Shown piece by piece: positions 27,864 to 36,363 of a DNA stretch of 64,000 nucleotides; the first letter of the stretch is position 1; every line of letters starts with the position of its first letter. The notes beneath the pieces are model-generated. The model was not told the origin of the DNA and searched no databases. It saw only the letters and a list, made by a program, of their open reading frames with translations. The position numbers and the translations under genes were made by a program. The stretch is from contig JAWCJE010000008.1 of NCBI GenBank assembly GCA_038853715.1, forward strand, positions 610 through 64,609. The letters are read 5' to 3'. This DNA is from Candidatus Nezhaarchaeales archaeon. Its GTDB lineage: Archaea; Thermoproteota; Methanomethylicia; Nezhaarchaeales; JAWCJE01.

Positions 27864-29159
27864 AAGCCCCATTTAAACTTGGTGATTATAGGGCATGTAG
27901 ATCACGGTAAGTCAACTGCCACGGGTCACCTCTTATTACTCACCGGTCATGTGGATGAACGTAAGCTAAGGGAACTAGAGGAGGTAGCCAAAAAGACGGG
28001 TAAGGAGTTCGCTAAGTTCGCATGGATCCTCGATACCTATAAGGAGGAAAGAGAGCGCGATATGACTATAGACCTATCCTTCTTTAAGTTTGAAACCAAG
28101 AAGTACTTCTTCACTCTCATAGATTGCCCAGGACACCGTGACTTCGTTAAAAACATGGTCACCGGGGCCTCTCAAGCTGATTGCGCAATACTCGTAGTTT
28201 CAGCGAAAACTGGCGAGTATGAAGCTGGAACCGGTCCGGCCGGTCAAACCAGGGAGCATGCTTTCCTAGCTAAGACGATGGGAATTAATCAACTTGTTGT
28301 AGCGATCAATAAGATGGACGACGAAACCGTGAAGTGGAGCGAGACGAGATTTAATGAAGTAAAGGAGGGCGTTCTAAGACTTCTCAGAATGGTTGGCTAC
28401 GACGTTAGCAAGATACCAGTAGTACCCATCTCAGCCTGGTACGGAGATAACTTGGTGGAGAGAAGCGAAAGGATGCCTTGGTATAAGGGTCCTACTCTTG
28501 TTGAGGCTCTTGACACTTTCCAGGTGCCACCAAAACCCATCGATAAACCGTTAAGGCTCCCGGTCCAAGACGTTTACAGCATAACTGGCGTAGGTACAGT
28601 TCCAGTGGGAAGAGTGGAAACCGGCGTTTTAAAGGTTGGTGATACACTCGTATTTATGCCCCCCAACAAGAAGGGTGAAGTTAAATCGATAGAAACCCAC
28701 CATACACGTATAGAGAAAGCTGAGCCCGGCGATAACATAGGCTTTAACGTACGCGGGATCAGTAGGGATGAAATACATAGAGGGGATGTAGCCGGTAGCC
28801 CAGATAAGCCGCCAACCGTTGTTGAAGAATTCGTGGGTAGGATCTTCATACTTTACCATCCAACGTCGATAGCAGCCGGGTACACACCAGTTCTACATGT
28901 GCATACCGCAACCGTAGCTTGTAGGTTTGCTGAACTCCTACAGAAAATAGATCCAAGGAGCGGCGCGGTTATAGAGGAGAAACCAACCTTCTTAAAGCAA
29001 GGAGACAGCGCCATTGTTAAGCTTAAACCGATAAGACCAGTATGTGTTGAAAAGTTTTCAGAGTTCCCACCGTTAGGGCGTTTCGCCATACGCGATATGG
29101 GACGAACTATAGCAGCAGGCGTAGTAATAGATGTAACCCCCGCGAAAACGGTTAAGTAA
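27852..29159 (+). CDS. tuf: Translation elongation factor 1-alpha (aEF-1A)
   Basis: The GTPase motifs are GHVDHGKST, DCPGHRDF and NKMD. Length is 435 aa. Confidence 0.97.
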   Translation: MASAKPHLNLVIIGHVDHGKSTATGHLLLLTGHVDERKLRELEEVAKKTGKEFAKFAWILDTYKEERERDMTIDLSFFKFETKKYFFTLIDCPGHRDFVKNMVTGASQADCAILVVSAKTGEYEAGTGPAGQTREHAFLAKTMGINQLVVAINKMDDETVKWSETRFNEVKEGVLRLLRMVGYDVSKIPVVPISAWYGDNLVERSERMPWYKGPTLVEALDTFQVPPKPIDKPLRLPVQDVYSITGVGTVPVGRVETGVLKVGDTLVFMPPNKKGEVKSIETHHTRIEKAEPGDNIGFNVRGISRDEIHRGDVAGSPDKPPTVVEEFVGRIFILYHPTSIAAGYTPVLHVHTATVACRFAELLQKIDPRSGAVIEEKPTFLKQGDSAIVKLKPIRPVCVEKFSEFPPLGRFAIRDMGRTIAAGVVIDVTPAKTVK

Positions 29160-29222
29160 CCCTTCAAATTTTCCTTAACCATTTTTCCCAGTCAAACAGT
29201 CGATTAAGTATGAGGGAAAACC

Positions 29223-29531
29223 TTGGCACGGCGCATGAGAATACGAATGTCAAGTCCCAACCTCCAAGACCTTAATAGGGTTTGTGACGAAATTAAGGAC
29301 ATAGCTATGAAGATGGGCGTTAAGATCAGGGGCCCAGTACAACTACCTACGAAAAAACTCGTGGTACCGGTTAGAAAAGCTCCTTCAGGTCAAGGGAGCC
29401 ACACCTTTAACCACTTTGGAATGAGGATTCATAAGAGGATCATAGACCTAGAGGCAGATGAACGGGTTACACGAGCCTTAACAAGAATAAGAATGCCCGA
29501 AACCATTAGAATAGAAGTAGAAGTTGCATAA
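29223..29531 (+). CDS. rps10: 30S ribosomal protein S10 (uS10)
   Basis: It reads IRMSSPNLQDLNRVCDEIKDIA...GPVQLPTKKLVVPVRKAPSGQGSHTFNHFGMRIHKRIIDL. It follows tuf as in TACK archaea. The start is TTG at 29223 or ATG at 29235. Confidence 0.9.
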   Translation: MARRMRIRMSSPNLQDLNRVCDEIKDIAMKMGVKIRGPVQLPTKKLVVPVRKAPSGQGSHTFNHFGMRIHKRIIDLEADERVTRALTRIRMPETIRIEVEVA

Positions 29532-29885
29532 GCCGTCCCGGCTTCAGGTACATTCGAGCTCGAAGCTTACATCAATAAGCTTCCCTACCTTCTTTAAACC
29601 TTCTACTACATCGTCTTCTAAGCCTTTCCAACCTTCCCAAGACTTGTCCTCTAACGCGCCTCGGGTATCTTTCGCATTCTTCCTTGCTTATTTGCCTAAT
29701 ATCCATTACCGTCTAAGTTCCCACCCCTTCCTAATTAGCTCTCCAGTAGTCTCTCGGCTAGCATGCATTAGCTAGCTCACTAATACCATCAATGGCTCTG
29801 TAATTGGTTCAACGTCGCACTAATATACTGACTTCACTAAATCGCTTAAAAGATTCTCTTAATTAAAACATTCTGCCGTTTAAAG

Positions 29886-30053
29886 CTATTTATTGGAGCT
29901 CATTATGCTAATTTTAATAGAATCAACGTTAATCTTCCTATAACAACTAGGGCATCTATAATTAAACTTCTTAGCCACTTCGCGTGGAGCTAGTACCTCC
30001 TCGCCTTTATGAAGTATAAAGCCACACTTACTACATATTATTACTTCAACCAA
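29886..30053 (-). CDS. Small Zn-ribbon protein of 55 aa, below the ORF-track cutoff
   Basis: My own translation is LVEVIICSKCGFILHKGEEVLAPREVAKKFNYRCPSCYRKINVDSIKISIMSSNK. It has a CxxC...CxxC pair. The TTG start is preceded by AAGGTGGAAGC, an SD-like sequence. Confidence 0.35.
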   Translation of the reverse strand: MVEVIICSKCGFILHKGEEVLAPREVAKKFNYRCPSCYRKINVDSIKISIMSSNK

Positions 30054-30106
30054 GCTTCCACCTTCTCAAAAGAAGGAACATACTAAATACATGAGAGGTA
30101 TAGGAT

Positions 30107-30167
30107 TAGTTTTTCGCTTCATTAATACTGAAGGTTTAATCAACTGAAAAAGGTACGCGTACATGAA
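30107..30167. repeat. Copy B of the roughly 60-nt intergenic repeat (partner at 15218-15277)
   Basis: See copy A. This copy lies between the stop of 30180-30701 and the small Zn-ribbon ORF. Confidence 0.7.
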
Positions 30168-30179
30168 ACGTTCCCATTA

Positions 30180-30701
30180 TCAGGTTGTAAGAGAGCTTAG
30201 CTTTGTAAGCCATCCTAAACCCTTCAGTTTAAGGGCTTGAACCCATAAGTAGAAGGCGTAATCAATAAGTATTGCGGCATCCTCGCTACGCCCTTGCATC
30301 GCGGCCTCTTGAGCTGAGAAAATAATGAGCTCGATAATAGCTGAAACCAACTCATCGTCGCTTAAATCAATAGGAAGTTTCAATCTATCCCTTACCACTT
30401 TACGGGCTTGCTCCAAATCAGGAGCAAGGGTAACATACGTTCCCCACGATCCTACGCAGAAAGCCCCTGTTCCCAGTAGCATTAAGGCCTTTAAGATAGA
30501 TTCGACAAGAAACGGCGCCTCTACCGCTAAGCTCAACGATAGAAGAAGGCCGCTGCTAGTAGTTAGAATTAACCCTCCTAGAGCTAACTCAGCCTTTCTT
30601 AAGTTTATGCTACTCCAACGCCTTTTAACGAAAAGGACGTCGTGAAAAAGGATAAAGGCAATTACCGATAGCTTTCGAAGCTTAACAGTTAAAAACTTCA
30701 T
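30180..30701 (-). CDS. Hypothetical membrane protein
   Basis: It is 173 aa with 2-3 predicted TM helices in the N-terminal half. I recognise no family. Confidence 0.4.
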   Translation of the reverse strand: MKFLTVKLRKLSVIAFILFHDVLFVKRRWSSINLRKAELALGGLILTTSSGLLLSLSLAVEAPFLVESILKALMLLGTGAFCVGSWGTYVTLAPDLEQARKVVRDRLKLPIDLSDDELVSAIIELIIFSAQEAAMQGRSEDAAILIDYAFYLWVQALKLKGLGWLTKLSSLTT

Positions 30702-30870
30702 CTCTCAACATCTCCCATTAATAGTTATTGTAAACCCAATTAGTTTAAACTTGTCTAAGCTTCTTAAGAAGTATGAAGCGTTAAGCGGTGATAAGCTTTT
30801 CATCAGGAGGAAACCTTTTTAACTTTCCTAACGAAGAAGTAAGGACGAACGGCAAAATCAGGATTTTAAC

Positions 30871-31251
30871 GTGGTGAACCATAGAGTGCTTAAGAAGCTT
30901 AAAGACGTTATAAGCGTAACTATACTTGTAGTTGCCTTATTAGCAGCGGCAGCACTAATGAGCGGCTTTATATTCTGCCTTATTGAAGGAGTACCAATGT
31001 TTGTAAATGTAGGCGTAACGTTATGGTACATACCTTCAGCAGCTAGTCAAACCTCTCTTGAGGGGTACTTCGTATTCATTATGCTAGTGATAGGTTTCCT
31101 CGGGTTACTTTTAACCTACATGGCTGGTAAAAGTAGGGATCCGCGTACTGCATTAATGATTATCATAGTGGGGCTCTGTCTGATTATACTTTCCTTCACA
31201 TCAATTACTTGGTTAGCTCATCAGAAAGCACTCATATTGCAGTATCGCTAG
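30871..31251 (+). CDS. Hypothetical integral membrane protein (about 4 TM)
   Basis: It is 126 aa with a GTG start and four hydrophobic helices. I recognise no family. Confidence 0.45.
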   Translation: MVNHRVLKKLKDVISVTILVVALLAAAALMSGFIFCLIEGVPMFVNVGVTLWYIPSAASQTSLEGYFVFIMLVIGFLGLLLTYMAGKSRDPRTALMIIIVGLCLIILSFTSITWLAHQKALILQYR

Positions 31252-31626
31252 CCTTATGACTACGGATAAAGGTGTGAATCCATAATTAGAATGTCTGACC
31301 CAATATTAGGCTTCTCAGTTTTCATCCTTCTTTATCGATATTACCTCATAAGGTTTAAGGGCCGTTTAAACGTTACAGTTTAACTGTTAAAAGATTAAAC
31401 ATAATATAGGTTGGTGGCGGCAAGGTTATAGGTTGATAGGTCAAGGTGAGGCTTCAGGGCTTAAAGATAGGCTTAGTAAAAACCCTTAGAGGCACAGATC
31501 CAAGGCATTAATGGAGGCCCCCTCTACCTTTAACTCCGCTAACCTAGCGCTGTAAAGCTTAGAGGGAGGATTCCCATATTATATGGGACGGTGGCTCTAG
31601 TAAAATATCGACTATAAGCTTATACC

Positions 31627-32127
31627 TTAGTATGGTTTTGACTTTAATCCGAGCTTAAAAGCTAAAGCGTTCGAGAATACATGAAGGACTGGAGTTAGTA
31701 ACAGCAAAAAGAAGACCTTACTAATGCTTAACTCACTGCCAAACCCAACCAGATAAGCTAACGTTAAGGCTCCGATGAAGAATGAAAGCTGATCAATTAA
31801 GGGTAAAAGGCCGCCCGGCTCTATTCCAAGCCGGCGCTTAATAAAGGAGCCTGCGCTATCTCCAATCATAGATCCTAAGCCTAAGGTAAAGCCAAGAAGC
31901 GGCCTTCCTATGATTAAACCTATTAGGAAGCCGGAAGCTATCCCCACCATTGACCCCTCAAAGCTTTTACTATCACCAAGTACCCTCTTACCATCGAAAA
32001 GGCGGTACCCAAAATCTAGCGGATGTCTACGTTTAACTAGTTTAACTAGTAACAAGGGAGCCATGTTTGCTCCGTAGGCAGGAGCTATAAACAGCAGAGC
32101 CTCAAGAGCCTCTTTTAAGCTTATCAA
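31627..32127 (-). CDS. carS: CDP-archaeol synthase (CarS, DUF46 family)
   Basis: It contains APAYGANMAPLL...PLDFGYRLFDGKRVLGDSKSFEGSMVG and GDSAGSFIKRRLGI. It is a multi-TM protein of 166 aa. Confidence 0.7.
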   Translation of the reverse strand: MISLKEALEALLFIAPAYGANMAPLLLVKLVKRRHPLDFGYRLFDGKRVLGDSKSFEGSMVGIASGFLIGLIIGRPLLGFTLGLGSMIGDSAGSFIKRRLGIEPGGLLPLIDQLSFFIGALTLAYLVGFGSELSISKVFFLLLLTPVLHVFSNALAFKLGLKSKPY

Positions 32128-32142
32128 AGATAGGACAACCCC

Positions 32143-32802
32143 TTAACGAAAGCCGCCGTCCATTAACTCAACTTCAATAATGTTGGAACAAGGTTTACCG
32201 TTTAGCTTCTCAACACTCACCCTACGATACCCCCTAACGTTTATCCTCTCAATCTTTACCATGGTCTTAACCCAGTACTCCAAAATGCTAGTAGCTATGG
32301 GCTCCTCAATCCCCGAGGATAGCCTCACCCGGCTAGTTATCAGTACGCATAAATCGTTATTAAGAGCTAACCAAGATAGAATTGCCAACTGCTGATTTAA
32401 CCTTTTGCTTAAAATTATAGAGTTATCCTCAATTAATGAAAGTCTGTAGAGGCTTGTTATGGTGTCAAAAACTATTAGTTTAAACCTACGTAGAGGTATC
32501 TTCTCCAACATATATACGAGTTGCTCCTGCCCATCAAAATCCTTAGGCTCAAATAGGAAGAAAAACTCCTTAAACTCTTTCAGGCTTCCAGTCCAGATCC
32601 GCTTGACCTGCCTGAGATCCGCTCCGCCATCGGTGTAGACGTAGATAACCTTAAAACTCTTTGAAACCGTATTAAAGGCGCATTGAAGAGCTAGAGTAGT
32701 TTTACCTACGCCTGCATCCCCATAGATTAGCGTAACCTCACCAGTTTTAAAACCACCACCTAAGGATTTATCTATAGAAGTGCAGCCACTCCCTATCATC
32801 AT
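32143..32802 (-). CDS. RecA-superfamily ATPase, a RadA paralog (RadB/aRadC-like)
   Basis: It reads IDKSLGGGFKTGEVTLIYGDAGVGKTTLALQ with a Walker A, and has Walker B-like LIVFDTI. Length is 219 aa. Confidence 0.6.
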   Translation of the reverse strand: MMIGSGCTSIDKSLGGGFKTGEVTLIYGDAGVGKTTLALQCAFNTVSKSFKVIYVYTDGGADLRQVKRIWTGSLKEFKEFFFLFEPKDFDGQEQLVYMLEKIPLRRFKLIVFDTITSLYRLSLIEDNSIILSKRLNQQLAILSWLALNNDLCVLITSRVRLSSGIEEPIATSILEYWVKTMVKIERINVRGYRRVSVEKLNGKPCSNIIEVELMDGGFR

Positions 32803-33002
32803 AGCTTTTCTACCATTAAATTCTACACTAAAACTTAATCTTTAAATCGTTTAAACGCCTCCCTTTAAGGATGAGTGGCAACTCCTAATTGTCTTAACCA
32901 TAGTAAGAAACGTTTAACTTAAACCCTTTGACCTAGTTTTGAGAATGCGTAAAACAGTTTAAAGGTGGCGCTTACTTAAACGACGCGTTCAGGAGGAACC
33001 CT

Positions 33003-33620
33003 ATGTCAAACGTAGTAGTGGCAACTACTAACGCCAAGAAGTATTATGAAGTTGTTAAGGAGTTAAGGAGGCTAGGTATAAGCTTTACCAGCTGCCACCC
33101 TAGAGATAAACTGCCTAAGAACGTTAAAGTAGTTATAACCACGCAGAGCGAAGCACCACTCATTAGGTTAGCAAACCGAAAAACAGTTATTAGAGTTATA
33201 GAAGAACCGTTAAAGAGGACAATTTCACGTGTAGTTTCCGATCTACAAAGGAGTATAAGTCCAGAACTTGTGGTAGGCATAGATCCTGGAGGAACCTGCG
33301 GTATCGCAGTCATCCTAGACCGCACCCTTATGGATTACTACATGGCTGATAGCGTAAACGGTGTAGTATCCTACGTGGAGGAGGCTTTAAAAACCTACGA
33401 GGCGCAAAGGAAGATCATAAGGATAGGCGATGGAACCCCTCAGCTAAGAGAAAGCATAATTAAGGCTTTAACAAGTAAACATCTAAACGCCAAGGTTGAG
33501 GTTGTAAGCGAGAAAAGTAAAGTTGAAGTTCCCTCTATATACAGAGGGTTAAAGGCTCCCCGCGATGTTAAGGACGCGGTAAAAATTGCCTTCGAAGAGG
33601 GCGTGGTGGTGAGTAGTTGA
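33003..33620 (+). CDS. Hypothetical protein with a possible RNase H-like (RuvC/YqgF-type) core
   Basis: VVGIDPGGTCGIAVILD resembles the first acidic beta-strand of RNase H-fold nucleases. The stop overlaps the start of the Clp1-like gene by 4 nt. Confidence 0.4.
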   Translation: MSNVVVATTNAKKYYEVVKELRRLGISFTSCHPRDKLPKNVKVVITTQSEAPLIRLANRKTVIRVIEEPLKRTISRVVSDLQRSISPELVVGIDPGGTCGIAVILDRTLMDYYMADSVNGVVSYVEEALKTYEAQRKIIRIGDGTPQLRESIIKALTSKHLNAKVEVVSEKSKVEVPSIYRGLKAPRDVKDAVKIAFEEGVVVSS

Positions 33621-34900
33621 AATATAAGGAGGCGAGTGGAAGCGTTCTAAAGGTTGAAGGACCAGTATCTATACGCATCTTGGAGGGGGAGTTTTCAATC
33701 CTCGGGAGGCGCGTGGTACCTAAAGACACTATAGTAGTGCCTAAGGGTAAATCACTGCCCATAGAGATCGTTAAGGATGCGAGCTTCGAAGTTAAAGCTG
33801 GAGTAGAAGCTAAAATCAGTAAGGTTCAAAACGCTATACCGCCAGATTGGAGGATAAGCATAGACAAAATACTTAATGAACATGGACCGCTTAAAGTAGT
33901 GGTAGTAGGCGATGTAGACAGCGGGAAGACCACTTTTACCGTATACCTAGCGAACGCAGCTTTTAATAGAGGGTTTAAAACCGCGATTATCGACGCTGAC
34001 CCAGGACAAGCTGAAATATCAGTGCCGACCACCATAGGCTTCGGCATCCTAAAGGAGGCCGTTATCACGCTTGATAAAGTACCACTACGTAACGCTTTCT
34101 TTGTCGGCTCCACTTCTCCAGCCGACGTACCATTACGCGTAATGGTGGGGGTTAATAAGCTACTAAATCAAGCCCTTCAAGAAGGTGTGCAAATAATCAT
34201 TCTAAATACAAGCGGCTGGGTTTTTGGTAAGGGAGCTAGAGAGTTAGGGGCATCGCTTATAAACATGGTAAGTCCCAACTTCCTAGTCCTCATACAGCGT
34301 GGCTTAGAGGTTGAACATTTAGCCAGGCCCTGGCAGGGCTTTAAGGGTATGAGCGTTATTAGAGTCTCCACATCACCAGCAATCAAACTTAGGAGTAAGG
34401 AAGAGCGTAAAGATAAACGTGAACTAGCATACAAAAACCTCCTTACTAAAAGCAAGATAAGGAAGTTCGACCTGTCAAGCGTATCCTTAATGTATACGTT
34501 ATTCAACACTGGGGTACCAATACCTAGATCCACGCTAGATGAGCTTGAGAAGCAGATAGGAGCTAAGCTCGTTTACGGTGAGGAGAAAGAGGACTTCATA
34601 TTCATAGTTTTAGAGAAACCGTCTTTAAACGTAGCCGAGCTTGCCAAGAAGCTTAAAGAGACCACGGGAAAGGAGGCCATAGTGGTAACTAAAGGAATGG
34701 AGAAAGGAATTATAGTTGGACTCCTTAACCAGAGTGGTGGACTTGCCGGCCTAGGGGTAATAAACGAAATTGACTATGAGTCACGCAGCATTAAGGTCTT
34801 AACCCCTATTGAGGAGGAGGTAAGCGTAATACAGGTCGGCCAATTAAAACTAGATGATGAAGGGCACGAGACCATTAAATACCCCAGTCCTCCGCTCTAG
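33617..34900 (+). CDS. Clp1/Grc3-family polynucleotide 5'-hydroxyl kinase
   Basis: The P-loop is VVVVGDVDSGKTTFTVYLAN, followed by IIDADPGQAEISVPTTIG. Length is 427 aa with a TTG start. Confidence 0.65.
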   Translation: MKYKEASGSVLKVEGPVSIRILEGEFSILGRRVVPKDTIVVPKGKSLPIEIVKDASFEVKAGVEAKISKVQNAIPPDWRISIDKILNEHGPLKVVVVGDVDSGKTTFTVYLANAAFNRGFKTAIIDADPGQAEISVPTTIGFGILKEAVITLDKVPLRNAFFVGSTSPADVPLRVMVGVNKLLNQALQEGVQIIILNTSGWVFGKGARELGASLINMVSPNFLVLIQRGLEVEHLARPWQGFKGMSVIRVSTSPAIKLRSKEERKDKRELAYKNLLTKSKIRKFDLSSVSLMYTLFNTGVPIPRSTLDELEKQIGAKLVYGEEKEDFIFIVLEKPSLNVAELAKKLKETTGKEAIVVTKGMEKGIIVGLLNQSGGLAGLGVINEIDYESRSIKVLTPIEEEVSVIQVGQLKLDDEGHETIKYPSPPL

Positions 34901-35044
34901 CATGCTTAGAGAGAACACAGGTGAAAAGCGCTATTAACGCTCTCCTTCCCAACCTTAAAAGCCTACAGAGGTAGGGTTAAGCCATCCGCCTTAATGAAGT
35001 TAAGGAGAAGTGTAGACGAAAGAGACTTTCAAGCTTAAACCGTA

Positions 35045-36097
35045 TTAATGGTCCTTAAAGGCTTTAATTATTCCCTCCTCAAGAGGGGGCTTAATAACCA
35101 TTCGTTCCGTCACTATCCCTGAAATAAGGCTCGGAGGAGTTACGTCAAACGCGGGGTTTAAAGCTTCAACTTCTGCAGGGGCTATCCTAATACCATTAAT
35201 CTTAACGACCTCATCCATAGGCCTTTCCTCTATGATTACATCGTCGACCCTAGAGGTTAAGTCGAAGGTAGATGTGGGAGCGGCTACGTAAAATGGGATG
35301 TTAAAGTGCTTAGCAACTATGGCTATAGTCAAAGTACCTATCTTATTAACAACGTGGCCATCCCTAAGAACGCGGTCAGCTCCGACGATAACCTTAGATA
35401 CTAACCCCTTCATCATAACGTAGCCAACCATCGAATCGGTTATAAGCTTCACAGGTATCCCATCAGCTTTAAGTTCAAAAGCGGTTAACCTAGCTCCCTG
35501 AAGCTTAGGTCTAGTCTCAGTAGCTATCACTGATATTTTCATACCCCTGCTAAAAGCAGCCCTTATAGGCGCGAGGGCAGTACCGTAACCCACGGTGGCT
35601 AAAGCTCCAGCATTACAATGTGTTAACACAACGTCGCCGTCCTTTAAAAGCGTTAAACCATTAAGCCCTATACGTCGATTGGCTTCCACATCCTCGTCAG
35701 CCATACGTAAAGCTTCAGAGACTACGGCTTGCTTTACTTCGTCAACGCCGCCACTAACTCTTGTTGCAACCTTTAAAATGCGGTTTAAAGCCCAGAACAA
35801 GTTATAAGCTGTAGGTCTAGTGGTCTTAAGCTTAGACGCAGCTTCCAACAACTCGTTTATAAGGGATTTGCGATCTATGGCTTTGCTCTTGATAGCGGTT
35901 AACGCTAACCCCATGGCTGCAGCTACACCTATAGCTGGAGCCCCGCGGACACTCATGTCCTTTATAGCCTGAGCTACTTCATCAACGCTTTTACACCTCT
36001 TAAAAACCAACCTAGACGGTAACCAGTTCTGATCTATTAATACCATCGCGTCCTCTTCTAAGCGTAAGGTTCTGAGCTCTTCAAACATTTCAAGCAC
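35045..36097 (-). CDS. eIF-2B alpha/beta/delta-family isomerase (methylthioribose-1-phosphate isomerase or ribose-1,5-bisphosphate isomerase type)
   Basis: It contains VRGAPAIGVAAAMGLAL, TRPTAYNLFWAL, THCNAGALAT and VGADRV. Confidence 0.8.
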   Translation of the reverse strand: MLEMFEELRTLRLEEDAMVLIDQNWLPSRLVFKRCKSVDEVAQAIKDMSVRGAPAIGVAAAMGLALTAIKSKAIDRKSLINELLEAASKLKTTRPTAYNLFWALNRILKVATRVSGGVDEVKQAVVSEALRMADEDVEANRRIGLNGLTLLKDGDVVLTHCNAGALATVGYGTALAPIRAAFSRGMKISVIATETRPKLQGARLTAFELKADGIPVKLITDSMVGYVMMKGLVSKVIVGADRVLRDGHVVNKIGTLTIAIVAKHFNIPFYVAAPTSTFDLTSRVDDVIIEERPMDEVVKINGIRIAPAEVEALNPAFDVTPPSLISGIVTERMVIKPPLEEGIIKAFKDH

Positions 36098-36170
36098 CTG
36101 CGGTTTTTACCTAATAGGGACTATTGAAGCTTTTTATATCTCGGCGCTAATAACATTACGGGGGGATCAA

Positions 36171-36310
36171 GCGGGGATAGCTACCACGCGGTAGCTACCG
36201 TAGGTTGCCGAGCCAGGACAAAGGCGCAGGACTTAAGATCGGAGTAAGTGGAGGCCGAAGAGGGTATCCTGTGGCGTAGGCCTTCGTGGGTTCAAATCCC
36301 ACCCCCCGCA
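36171..36310 (+). tRNA. tRNA-Leu(UAA) with two introns: a roughly 27-nt intron interrupting the 5' acceptor strand (around position 6/7) and a canonical 28-nt intron at 37/38
   Basis: GCGGGG + ATAGCTACCACGCGGTAGCTACCGTAG + G TT GCCGAGCCAGGACAAAGGC. The first intron contains the perfect hairpin TAGCTACC-ACGC-GGTAGCTA. The stem CAGGA/TCCTG encloses CTTAAG + 28 nt + A. The 3' acceptor is CCCCCGC with A73. Total length is 140 nt and the inferred mature length is 85 nt. Confidence 0.8.
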
Positions 36311-36363
36311 CTAAACCCATCTGGAGACCCATCATAGTGATTAACTCTTTAAACCCATCATAA

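Noticed and set aside
29524-29775. 83-aa ORF after rps10
   Set aside because: The translation is a Ser/Pro/Phe-rich low-complexity sequence with no start context. The region is more likely non-coding. Short minus-strand ORFs of 20 and 46 aa here were also judged too weak to call.
15218-30167. The idea that the two 60-nt repeat copies are att sites bounding an integrated element
   Set aside because: The interval between them contains essential core genes: PolD DP1, cdc6, aCPSF1, the proteasome, S12, S7, EF-1alpha and S10. It has no integrase. It cannot be a mobile island.
31252-31626. 375-bp gap before carS with scattered hairpins (for example CCCATA-TTA-TATGGG), considered as SRP RNA or RNase P RNA
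   Set aside because: I could not find the conserved SRP helix-8 motif or the RNase P CR-I/CR-IV motifs, nor a convincing long-range helix. The evidence is too weak to report as a feature.
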